Origin: Longimicrobiales bacterium
Lineage (GTDB): Bacteria > Gemmatimonadota > Gemmatimonadetes > Longimicrobiales > Gaopeijiaceae
NCBI GenBank assembly: GCA_965202985.1
Contig: CBDBCF010000001.1
Coordinates: forward strand, 1,056,001 to 1,120,000
Reading direction: 5' to 3'
DNA: 64,000 nucleotides
This document shows, one piece after another, positions 55,921 to 64,000 of the stretch. Position numbers and translations under genes: made by a program. The notes under the pieces were generated by a model. The model did no database searches. It had not been told where the DNA came from and saw only the letters and a list, made by a program, of their open reading frames with translations. Each line of letters begins with the position of its first letter. The stretch's first letter is position 1.

Positions 55921-56595
55921 CTATCGTGTTCGGAGCACAAGCGTTCCTGCTTGGTCTACCCAGGTACGCAGGCCAGTCTTCTCCCACGTTGCGCGGGTGC
56001 ACGCGTCCGATCCCGTCACCAGGACCCTCGCATCGGGGGCAAGGATCCGGGCGGCTTCGGCCGCCGAAGGCGTCGCGTCGCTCGCCGCCAAGGCCACGCC
56101 CCGCGCGACGCCGGTCCGAAACGGAAGCGCTTCGCTCACCGCCATGGGACTCACGCCCGCCGTTCCACGCGCCGCTGGCCCCAGCGCCGCAACCTCGACG
56201 CTCGGGACCAAGCGGGCCAAGGCCTCCGTCGCGTCGACGTGGCTCTCCGACACCACGATCACGCCGGAACCTTCGGTCACGCCCAGCCCGGCCGCGATCT
56301 GCAAGGCAATGTCCTGCGACCCGTCGCATGGAGGCGTCGCGGGCCGGGAGGAAGCGCCGGCCCGTCGAGGCGTCGCCGGCTGGGCGGAGGCCCCATCCGC
56401 ATCAATCAGCGGGCTCCGGGGCGGGGGACGCAGGTCGCCAAAGCCGTCCTCCACGGGGAACTCGTCTCGGCAGTTGGGACAGCCCAGCAGGCCCGTCCGC
56501 ACCCGACGTTCCTCCACCTCCCGCGCCACGAGGACCAGCCCGAAGGCAGGGCCGCAGCGGGGGCAGGCCAGGTAGTCGACCAGCAGGACGTTCAC
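55921..56595 (-). CDS. Trm112-like zinc-ribbon protein fused to a degenerate methyltransferase-like domain
   Basis: LVDYLACPRCG...GLLGCPNCRDEFPVEDG; later EALPFR...EAARILAP but no GxGxG. Confidence 0.7.
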   Translation of the reverse strand: MNVLLVDYLACPRCGPAFGLVLVAREVEERRVRTGLLGCPNCRDEFPVEDGFGDLRPPPRSPLIDADGASAQPATPRRAGASSRPATPPCDGSQDIALQIAAGLGVTEGSGVIVVSESHVDATEALARLVPSVEVAALGPAARGTAGVSPMAVSEALPFRTGVARGVALAASDATPSAAEAARILAPDARVLVTGSDACTRATWEKTGLRTWVDQAGTLVLRTR

Positions 56596-56610
56596 GTCGC
56601 CTGCGTCACG

Positions 56611-57027
56611 TCACTTGCCGGCGTACTCCACCCAATGGCGCGGCGTCTCCCGAAGGACCAACCGCTCCAGCACCGCCGGCGGCTCGATCAGCGGCGCCAA
56701 GCGTTCCCAGATGCGGACGACCAAGTTCTCGGTCGACGGGACGACGCCCTCCAACCAGGGCACGTCCAGGTTCAGGTTGCGATGGTCCAGGTCGGCGACG
56801 ACATGGCGGTTCGCCAGCTCCTTCAAGTCCTTCAGGTCCATCACGTAGCCTGTGGATTCGTCCACGGGGCCGGCCACGGTCACCTCCATCTCGTAGTTGT
56901 GGCCATGCCAGTTCGGGTTGGCGCACTCCCCGAAGGCGCGACGGTTCTGTTCCTCGCTCCATTCGGGGCGGGCAAGACGGTGGGCGGCGCTGAAGTGCAG
57001 CACGCGGGTGACGCGGACTCGGGGCAT
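56611..57027 (-). CDS. queD: 6-carboxytetrahydropterin synthase / 6-pyruvoyl-tetrahydropterin synthase
   Basis: HFSAAHRL, FGECANPNWHGHNY, LDHRNLN, STEN and ET. Confidence 0.92.
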   Translation of the reverse strand: MPRVRVTRVLHFSAAHRLARPEWSEEQNRRAFGECANPNWHGHNYEMEVTVAGPVDESTGYVMDLKDLKELANRHVVADLDHRNLNLDVPWLEGVVPSTENLVVRIWERLAPLIEPPAVLERLVLRETPRHWVEYAGK

Positions 57028-57106
57028 TCGCACTCTCGACTTGGCGGCGGGAAGCGTCCCGGCCGCAGGCGTGACGACTTGAGGCGACCGGCGACTCGGC
57101 GCCCCC

Positions 57107-57149
57107 AAAAAGACAGAAGCCGGCCTCCCGTACAGGAGAACCGGCCTCT
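57107..57149 (-). terminator. Intrinsic terminator after the 6S RNA
   Basis: AGAGGCCGGTTCTCC-tgtac-GGGAGGCCGGCTTCT stem followed by GTCTTTTT. Confidence 0.8.
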
Positions 57150-57301
57150 GCGCATGCCGAAGGACGGTTTTGAAGCCCGGGTTCAACTGTTGGTGACACT
57201 CCCGCAGCTTTCGCCTTCCCTCGAAGGGCGTGACGTCCACCTCGGAAGTAATCCCGGCTCTTCCAGTGTTGGCTCAAAAAAGGAGCCCTCCGACACACGC
57301 C
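57150..57301 (-). ncRNA. ssrS: 6S RNA
   Basis: Closing stem GCGTGTGTCGGAGGGC pairs with GTCCTTCGGCATGCGC. 6S-like TTGAGCCAACAC and TTGAACCCGGGCTTCAA segments flank the central bubble. Has its own promoter and terminator. Confidence 0.82.
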
Positions 57302-57305
57302 GGAC

Positions 57306-57334
57306 AATATGGGGAGTGCCGGCGCAATCCGCAA
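57306..57334 (-). promoter_or_regulatory. Sigma70-type promoter of the 6S RNA
   Basis: TTGCGG, 17 nt, CATATT, ending 5 nt before the closing stem. Confidence 0.65.
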
Positions 57335-57408
57335 TGTTCTTCGTTCGCGCCCGCGTCACCCCCCACCCCACCGCGTCCGGCGACGGTCGGCGCGCGCCGA
57401 CCCCCCTA

Positions 57409-57909
57409 TCACGTGCGGTGAACGTGAAGCGCGTCGATCGTAACTCGCGCGACGCCGTTGTCGTCGACGTCCACGCTGGTCACCAGTTTATGCCTGCACT
57501 GGCCTTTTGCGGCCTCCGCGCAGTGGACGTACTCGTCCCATTCCTCCGCCGAACCGCCGTTCTCGAACTCGCACACGGGGTCAGGCCCGTAGGCGGAAAC
57601 GGCCGGTCGCCCCACTTCGGCAGCGTCCCGCCTACCCTCCGCGACGGTCCACAGAATCTCGGACGAGAGCTGCCACAACATGACCACGGCCATCGGCGCG
57701 TCTACCTCCCGGCCCATGGCGTTGTTCAGCTTTGCGACCGTGGTGCGGTAGTCAAAGGGTGCAGCCATGACCGCTTGGACGGTAGCAAAGCTGGATGGAA
57801 GAGCCTCTAGAGTCGTTGGAGCCTCGTTCCCGCACGCAACGGTCGAGACAAGGACGGCCGTCAGAACAGCCAGCGACCCGCTCCTGATCGATGAGATTGA
57901 CTCGGACAT
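57409..57909 (-). CDS. Hypothetical lipoprotein
   Basis: GGGAGG SD, hydrophobic signal with lipobox-like STVA-C, and less GC-biased codons. Confidence 0.6.
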   Translation of the reverse strand: MSESISSIRSGSLAVLTAVLVSTVACGNEAPTTLEALPSSFATVQAVMAAPFDYRTTVAKLNNAMGREVDAPMAVVMLWQLSSEILWTVAEGRRDAAEVGRPAVSAYGPDPVCEFENGGSAEEWDEYVHCAEAAKGQCRHKLVTSVDVDDNGVARVTIDALHVHRT

Positions 57910-58044
57910 GGCGACCTCCCGTTGCAGGAATGCGACGACAACCTATGGAGAGATGGCAACCCTCGGAGGTGCCGCGGCAAGGCAGGACTGACGACAACCA
58001 AGCCCGAGCCCCTTTCGACACGCCCGCCCAGCGGCACGCGCCGG

Positions 58045-59475
58045 TCACTCGTCCCTCCGGCCGGGCACCCCGGGCTCGGTCATCTCCCGGGCGTCCAGCA
58101 GCCGATCCAGCTCCTCGGGCGCGGCCAGCCCCATGTCGCGCACCACGTCGCGCACGGACCGGCCTTCGGTCGCCGCCCTCTTGGCCACCTGGGCGGCCCG
58201 GTCGTAGCCGATGCGGGCGTTCAGGGCCGTGGCGATCGCGGGGTTTCGCTCCAGCAGCTCCCTGGCGCGGTCCCGGCGGGCTTCGATGCCGGCCACGCAC
58301 CGCTCCGCGAAGACGCGCGCGCCGTTGGCCAGCAGCCCGATCGACTCCAGCAGGGCGTCGGCGATGACGGGCATCATGACGTTCAGCTCGAAGTTGCCCC
58401 GCTGCCCGGCGATCGTCACGGTCGCGGCGTTCCCAGCCACGCGGGCGCACGCCATCATGAGGGCCTCGCAAATCACCGGGTTCACCTTCCCCGGCATGAT
58501 CGAGCTGCCCGGCTGGACTGCCGGCAACTGGATCTCGGCGATGCCCGAAGTGGGGCCGCTCGCCAGCCAGCGCATGTCGTCGGCGATCTTCATGAGGCTT
58601 GCCGCCACCGTGTTGAGCGCGCCGGCCAAGGAGACGCAGGCGTCCTTCGCTCCCTGGGCCTCGAAGTGGTCCTCGGCCTCGCGGAACTCCAGGCCGTAGC
58701 GGGCCGACAGGCGCGCGATGGCCCGCCGGGCGAACTCGGGGTGCGTGTTGATGCCGGTGCCCGTGGCGGTGCCCCCCAAAGCCAGCTCGGCCAGCTCGCC
58801 GGCCGCGCGCTCCAGCCGCCCGCAGCCGTTGGTCACCTGTCGGGCGTAGCCTCCGAACTGCTGCCCCAGCCGCACGGGCGTCGCGTCCATCAGGTGGGTT
58901 CGGCCCGACTTTACGACGTCGTCGAACCGCCGGGCCTTGTCTTCAAGGGCGTCGCCAAGGCCCGTCAGCGCGGGGAGCAGCTCGCCGTGGACGGCGGCCC
59001 GGCAGGAGACGTGGATGGCGCTCGGGATCACGTCGTTGGACGACTGGCCGAAGTTGACGTGGTCGTTGGGATGGACTCGCACGCCCGCGTTCGGTTCGCC
59101 GCTGGCCAGGCTGCGGTTGGCCAGAGCGGCGATCACCTCGTTGGCGTTCATGTTGGTGGAGGTGCCGGACCCGGTCTGGTACACGTCCAGGGGGAAGTGG
59201 TCGTCGTGCGCGCCCCGCGCCACGTCGGCCGCGGCCGCGGCGATGGCGTCGGCCACCTCGACCGGCAGGAACCCCAGCTCGGCGTTCGTCTCGGCAGCAG
59301 CCTGCTTCAGTCGCCCCAACGCCTCGATGAAGCGCCGTCCGAAGCGCCGCCCGCTGATCGGGAAGTTCTCCACGGCCCGCTGCGTCTGGGCGCCGTAGAG
59401 GGCGTCCGCGGGAACCCGCACCTCGCCCAGGGAATCGGTTTCGACCCGCGCTTCGACTCGATTGCGCTGCGACAT
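58045..59475 (-). CDS. fumC: Class II fumarate hydratase
   Basis: [47 protein letters not shown] and [11 protein letters not shown]. Confidence 0.96.
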   Translation of the reverse strand: MSQRNRVEARVETDSLGEVRVPADALYGAQTQRAVENFPISGRRFGRRFIEALGRLKQAAAETNAELGFLPVEVADAIAAAAADVARGAHDDHFPLDVYQTGSGTSTNMNANEVIAALANRSLASGEPNAGVRVHPNDHVNFGQSSNDVIPSAIHVSCRAAVHGELLPALTGLGDALEDKARRFDDVVKSGRTHLMDATPVRLGQQFGGYARQVTNGCGRLERAAGELAELALGGTATGTGINTHPEFARRAIARLSARYGLEFREAEDHFEAQGAKDACVSLAGALNTVAASLMKIADDMRWLASGPTSGIAEIQLPAVQPGSSIMPGKVNPVICEALMMACARVAGNAATVTIAGQRGNFELNVMMPVIADALLESIGLLANGARVFAERCVAGIEARRDRARELLERNPAIATALNARIGYDRAAQVAKRAATEGRSVRDVVRDMGLAAPEELDRLLDAREMTEPGVPGRRDE

Positions 59476-59604
59476 CTCGTGCCCTCTTTGGTTCTGCGAT
59501 GCGGCGATGCGGCGCCCGCCCCCGTGGTCCCCCGCAGCCCGTGCTTGCTTACCTGCGAATCTACACCGTCCTCCCGCCGCCATTGAACCCCGTAGCTTGA
59601 AGGC

Positions 59605-60396
59605 ATGGACAAAGGCACCCCCGACACCGGCACCGAGAGCATCCCGGCCGCCGCGACTCCGCCTGCCGGCCCTGCCAATCCCGTCGCCTTGGTCACCGGC
59701 GGCGCCGTTCGAGTGGGCAGGGCGGTGGCCTTGGCGTTGGCCAAAAGCGGCTACGACCTGGTCGTCGGCTACCACGCCTCCGAAGGTCCGGCGGCGGAGC
59801 TCCGGGCGCACGTCCGGCGCATGGGGCGACGAGTCCGCATCGTGCGGGCCGACCTGTCCCAGGAAGCGGACGCGGCCCGGCTCGCCGCGTCGGCAGGGGA
59901 GACGTTCGGCAGGCTGGACCTCCTGGTGAACTCGGCTTCGACCTACCTGTCCGGCGATCTCCTCCGGGCGCCGACGGAAGAGTGGGACTTGGTCATGGCG
60001 GTCAACGTGCGAGCGCCGTTCCTGCTGGTGCGCGATACGGCGGACCTGCTTCGCGAAGCGCGGGGCTCGGTCGTGAACGTCGTGGACCTGTCGGCGTTCC
60101 AAGCATGGCCGCGATACCCTCACCATTCCGTGTCGAAGGCCGCCCTCCTGCACTTGACCCGCAACTTGGCCCTGGCTTTGGCCCCGGAAGTCCGCGCCAA
60201 CGCGGTGGCGCCGGGTCACGTGCTGCCGCCCCCCGGCTACGGCGAAGCCGAGATCGAGCGCTCCCGCCGGCGCGTCCCGCTGGGCCGCATCGGCGAGCCG
60301 GAAGACGTGGCCGAAGCCGTCCTGTACCTGGCCGGCGCCCAGTACGTGACGGGCGAAGTGATCGTGGTGGACGGCGGGCGCTTGGCGAACCCGTAG
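59605..60396 (+). CDS. SDR family oxidoreductase (pteridine reductase/FolM-like)
   Basis: [33 protein letters not shown] and VDGG. Confidence 0.88.
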   Translation: MDKGTPDTGTESIPAAATPPAGPANPVALVTGGAVRVGRAVALALAKSGYDLVVGYHASEGPAAELRAHVRRMGRRVRIVRADLSQEADAARLAASAGETFGRLDLLVNSASTYLSGDLLRAPTEEWDLVMAVNVRAPFLLVRDTADLLREARGSVVNVVDLSAFQAWPRYPHHSVSKAALLHLTRNLALALAPEVRANAVAPGHVLPPPGYGEAEIERSRRRVPLGRIGEPEDVAEAVLYLAGAQYVTGEVIVVDGGRLANP

Positions 60397-60433
60397 CCCG
60401 CGAGAGATCGACGAGCGCAGGCGGCGCTGGCGC

Positions 60434-61444
60434 TCAGCCGTCGTGGGCTAGAAAGCGCTCCGCTTCAAGAGCCGCCATGCATCCGGTGCCGGCGGCGGAG
60501 ACGGCCTGCCGGTAGTAGTCGTCCATCACGTCGCCGGCAGCGAACACGCCGGGCACGTTGGTCTCGGTGCGCCAGGGCTTGGGCAGACGCACGTAACCGT
60601 TCTCCTTCAGGTCGATCTGGCCGGCCAGGAACGCGGTGTTGGGCGTGTGCCCGATCGCGACGAAGAGGCCGCCCACTTCGATCTCGGATTCGCCGCCCTC
60701 CACCGTGTCGCGAAGGCGAAGCCCCGTGATCACGTCGTCTCCCAGGACCTCGGCCACCTCCCGGTTCCACAGGAAGCGGATGGCGGGGTTGGCCCGGGCT
60801 CGGTCTTGCATGATCCGCGACGCCCGCAGCTCGTCCCGGCGGTGCACGACCAGCACGCGGCTGGCGAACTTGGTCATGTAGAGCGCGTCTTCCATGGCGC
60901 TGTCGCCGCCGCCGGCCACGGCCACCACCTGGTCCCGAAAGTACGGCAGCGCGCCGTCGCACACCGCGCAGGCCGACACGCCGCCGCCGCTCCGGGCCAG
61001 CCGCTCCTCGCCGGGCGCGCCCAGCCAGCGCGCGTTGGCGCCGGTGGCCACGATCACGGCCTCGGCCCGGGTCTCGTCGCCCCCCGATGTCCGCAGCACG
61101 AAGGGCCGGCGCGAGAAGTCCACCTCCACGACGTCTTCCGTGACCACCCGAGTCCCGAAGCGCACGGCCTGTTCCTTGAACCCCGTCATCATCTCGATGC
61201 CGCCCACGCCCTTGGGGAAGCCCGGGTAGTTCTCCACGTCGGTGGTGAACATGAGCTGGCCGCCGGGGATCATCGTGCGGCTGCCGGCGCCCTCGAACAC
61301 GAGCGGGTTCAGGTTGGCCCGCGCGGCGTAGATCGCGGCCGTCCAGCCGGCCGGCCCCGAGCCGATCACGACCAGCGACTCGCTCCGGGACGCGCCGCCG
61401 CTCGCCGACTCCGGCCCGGAACCCTGCCGCGACGCGCCCGCCAT
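60434..61444 (-). CDS. trxB: Thioredoxin-disulfide reductase
   Basis: [48 protein letters not shown] and FAAGDV. Confidence 0.97.
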   Translation of the reverse strand: MAGASRQGSGPESASGGASRSESLVVIGSGPAGWTAAIYAARANLNPLVFEGAGSRTMIPGGQLMFTTDVENYPGFPKGVGGIEMMTGFKEQAVRFGTRVVTEDVVEVDFSRRPFVLRTSGGDETRAEAVIVATGANARWLGAPGEERLARSGGGVSACAVCDGALPYFRDQVVAVAGGGDSAMEDALYMTKFASRVLVVHRRDELRASRIMQDRARANPAIRFLWNREVAEVLGDDVITGLRLRDTVEGGESEIEVGGLFVAIGHTPNTAFLAGQIDLKENGYVRLPKPWRTETNVPGVFAAGDVMDDYYRQAVSAAGTGCMAALEAERFLAHDG

Positions 61445-62730
61445 CAGACGCGCCCCCGGTACAGGTCGGAGGCCTTGTACCGCTCCACCGCCCGAACCAG
61501 CAGCAGCTTCACGCCCACGGCCAGGGGCACGCCGATCAGGAGCCCCGCGAAGCCGAACACGAAGCCGCCCAACGACAGCGACAGCAGGATCCACACGGGA
61601 TGGAGCCCCACGGAATCGCCCACGATCCGGGGACTCACCACGGTGCCTTCAAGCGCCTGCGCAACACCGTAGACCACGGCCACCTTGATCAAGGACGAAC
61701 CGGGGTCGGCGGAGGCCAAGGCGATGATCACCGCAGGCACGAGCGACAAGATGACGCCCAGGTAGGGGACCACGCCCAGCACCGCCACCAGCGCGCCCAG
61801 CAGGAACGAGTAGGGGAAGCCCACGACCAGCAGTCCCAGCCACGTGATGCCCCCCACGACCAGCGCCACCGACACTTGGCCGCGCAAGTAGCGGGACAGC
61901 AGGCCGTCGTACTCGCGGAAGAAGCCGGCGGCCTCCGGGCGGACGCGGGCCGGAAGCAACGCCCCCGCGCGGGCCACGATCCGGTCGTAGTCCCGAAGCA
62001 GGTAGAAGGCGAGGACGGGGGTCAGAACCACGTACCCGGCCACCGTCATCAGGGTGGCCAGCCCGCGCCCCAAGCCCAGCACGGCGGTCCAAGCGCCCTG
62101 GGCCAGCGCGGCCAGCCGCTCCTGCAAGAAGCCCGATATCGTCTGGGCGTCCAACTCGCGGAGCCGAGCCAGGAGGGCCGCCTCGTCCACCAGGGGCAGG
62201 TCGAAGCCGGGCGCGTTGGGGTCCACCGTGCCGATCCAGCCGGACACCGTGGCCAGCACCCGCGGGGCTTCGGCCGCGAAGGCCGCCGCTTGGCGCGCGA
62301 ACGCCGGAACCCCCAGCACCGCCACCCCCGCGCCCGCCAGCGCGAACGGCACCGCGACCAGGACGATGGCGCCGGTCCGGCCGATGCGGGGCAGCCAAGC
62401 CGAGACCCGGTCGACCAGCGGGTCCAGGATGTAGGCCAGCACGAACGCCAGGAAGAAGGGGGCCAGCAGCGACCCCGCCGTGGCCAAGACCCAGAAGACG
62501 GCGGCCGCCGTGGCCACCGTGAGCATCCAGGCGTGCCCGGGAAGGCCGCGGAACGGAACCAGCAGCGCCACCAGGACCCAGTAGAGGAGGAACGGATTCA
62601 GCACGCCCCGCAGTCCGAAGAGGAAGAACCCGGTCGCCAGCACGAGGATCGCGCCCTGCACGGCGCGCCACGAGACCGGGACGCTCCCGACCGCCGGGGC
62701 GTCGTCGGGCTTGCCCGATCGCGGGTTCAC
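61444..62730 (-). CDS. AI-2E family transporter
   Basis: [29 protein letters not shown] and [15 protein letters not shown] 62730 overlaps the NUDIX stop. Confidence 0.92.
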   Translation of the reverse strand: MNPRSGKPDDAPAVGSVPVSWRAVQGAILVLATGFFLFGLRGVLNPFLLYWVLVALLVPFRGLPGHAWMLTVATAAAVFWVLATAGSLLAPFFLAFVLAYILDPLVDRVSAWLPRIGRTGAIVLVAVPFALAGAGVAVLGVPAFARQAAAFAAEAPRVLATVSGWIGTVDPNAPGFDLPLVDEAALLARLRELDAQTISGFLQERLAALAQGAWTAVLGLGRGLATLMTVAGYVVLTPVLAFYLLRDYDRIVARAGALLPARVRPEAAGFFREYDGLLSRYLRGQVSVALVVGGITWLGLLVVGFPYSFLLGALVAVLGVVPYLGVILSLVPAVIIALASADPGSSLIKVAVVYGVAQALEGTVVSPRIVGDSVGLHPVWILLSLSLGGFVFGFAGLLIGVPLAVGVKLLLVRAVERYKASDLYRGRV

Positions 62731-63149
62731 CAGTCCGTCTCGGCGATCCGGCGGACGGCCTCGGTCGCCATGGCGCGGGTGTCCCGATAGGCGATCCTCC
62801 GCACGGCTTCGTCCGCCGGGAACCAAGCGCACGCGGTGATCCCTTCGGAAGCCTGGGGAACGGCGTCGCCGCTCCGGCTGAGCATCAGGAAGTAGGTGCA
62901 GGACTTGCGAATCGTCCTTCCCCGTCGCCTGAAGGTCCAGCGCACGGTGTCGATCTCCGGTCCCGTTTGGTCGGGCGTCAAACCCGTTTCTTCCGCGACC
63001 TCCCGCGCTGCCGCTTGGCGAAGGCTCTCGCCCGGCTCCAGGTGTCCCTTGGGCAGGGCCCACTTGCCGTACGGGTCCCGGATGACCAGGGCCAGCCAGC
63101 CGTCGGTGCCGGGGCGCACGACCACTCCGCCCGCGCTTCGCTCGATCAC
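62727..63149 (-). CDS. NUDIX hydrolase (Ap4A hydrolase-like)
   Basis: SAGGVV and the Nudix box WALPKGHLEPGESLRQAAAREVAEETGL. Confidence 0.92.
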   Translation of the reverse strand: MIERSAGGVVVRPGTDGWLALVIRDPYGKWALPKGHLEPGESLRQAAAREVAEETGLTPDQTGPEIDTVRWTFRRRGRTIRKSCTYFLMLSRSGDAVPQASEGITACAWFPADEAVRRIAYRDTRAMATEAVRRIAETDW

Positions 63150-63175
63150 GTCGTCAACGCCCCCGGTCCCCGTCG

Positions 63176-64000
63176 TCAGAAGATGGAGAACCGCAGATAG
63201 CGGGTCGGGTTCTCGCGGATGTCGGACAGGAGGGCGCGCAGGTCCATGACCGCTTCCTCGACGCTCATGGCCAGGGCCGGGTCCGACACGAGGCGGCCCA
63301 GCGAGCCCTCGCCCGTCTCGGCGTCCGCCAGGAGCCGGTTGAAGCGGGCGAAGGTGGAGTCGGCTTGGCGCGCCATCGACCGCACGTCGGCCAGCGAGGC
63401 GTCCAGCTGGTCGGTGGCGCCGCGCAGGTTCTCGATCGTGGCGCCGGCGTCGGCAAAGACGGTCTCCAGTTCGGCGTCGGCCAGGATCCGGTCGACGCGC
63501 TCGAACGACAGGCGCGCCGCGTGCGCCGCAGCCCCCAGCTCGCGCGCGGACTCGTTCACGCCGTCGGAAAGATCGGCGAAGCGGCTGGCCTGCTGGTCCA
63601 CCACCCGCGACAGCCCGTCGCTGACCTCCACGATGTTGTCGATCGCCCGACGCAGGTTGTGCGCCGTCTCTTCGGTGAAGGCGATCTGCACGCGCTCCGA
63701 GATGACCCGCAGGTTGCCGGCGATCTCGTCGGCGGTGGCGGTCAGGTGGGAGATGTCGGGAAGCGCGGCGCCCGGAAGCACGCCGTCTTCCCCGTGTTCG
63801 TGGTAGGCGTAGCGGGGAAAGTCTTCGCGGTCCACGATCTCGGCCTGCCAGCCGCCGAACATGGACTCGGGCGCCAGCAGCACGGCGGCGTCGGCAGGAA
63901 GCACCAGCTCCGGGAGCACCGTCATCTCCACCAGGACCGCGTCGCCGCCCGGCGCGACCGCCACGGCGTCCACCCTGCCGACCGCGACGCCACGGAACTT
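63176..64000 (-). CDS. mlaD: MlaD/MCE family protein; 5' end outside the window
   Basis: Frame is open to the window edge (KFRGVAVGRVDAV). Coiled coil, GEGSLGRLV and DIRENPTRYLRFSIF. Confidence 0.85.
   Translation of the reverse strand, partial: KFRGVAVGRVDAVAVAPGGDAVLVEMTVLPELVLPADAAVLLAPESMFGGWQAEIVDREDFPRYAYHEHGEDGVLPGAALPDISHLTATADEIAGNLRVISERVQIAFTEETAHNLRRAIDNIVEVSDGLSRVVDQQASRFADLSDGVNESARELGAAAHAARLSFERVDRILADAELETVFADAGATIENLRGATDQLDASLADVRSMARQADSTFARFNRLLADAETGEGSLGRLVSDPALAMSVEEAVMDLRALLSDIRENPTRYLRFSIF

Noticed and set aside
57027..57240. N-terminal extension of QueD in the ORF track, or a preQ1 riboswitch upstream of queD
   Set aside because: The region is better explained by the 6S RNA and its terminator, and no preQ1 motif was recognised.

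Overview
High-GC bacterial chromosomal window, densely packed with housekeeping operons. Gene content and protein style suggest Gemmatimonadota, but that is inference only. The left end holds a partial thrB, a sterol-desaturase-family gene and a dipeptidase / small membrane protein / sodium:solute symporter cluster. Then come prfA-prmC-YlbF-like-CDP-alcohol phosphotransferase-ino1-tmk, ctpA-asparaginase II-obgE-dprA-hemW, and hrcA-dnaJ. These are followed by yebC-ruvCAB-queA-tgt-yajC-def-fmt-thiE-like, thiS-thiG-rsmB-PASTA-TlpA-YbbR-tsaD-lgt-phosphoesterase-tamAB-htpX-uvrA, and CesT/YbjN-like-pspA-class IV aminotransferase. The right end holds queD, a 6S RNA, fumC, an SDR, trxB, an AI-2E transporter, a NUDIX hydrolase and a partial mlaD. 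Three small accessory or defence-like insertions interrupt this backbone. (1) A lower-GC cassette between tmk and ctpA is bounded by an 8-bp direct repeat and carries a Schlafen/AlbA_2-GHKL gene plus a 45-codon ORF that looks like the fused N- and C-termini of a large PHP-ATPase (TrlF/Ppl-like). (2) An AAA-ATPase/PD-(D/E)XK nuclease gene. (3) A frameshifted Rpn/YhgA-like gene. Other notable signals are a probable inositol-lipid gene pair, non-canonical start codons (tmk ATC, asparaginase CTG), repeated leaderless-promoter architecture with a coupled micro-uORF, and many in-frame low-complexity insertions in conserved proteins. No tRNA, rRNA, CRISPR array, integrase or IS transposase was recognised.
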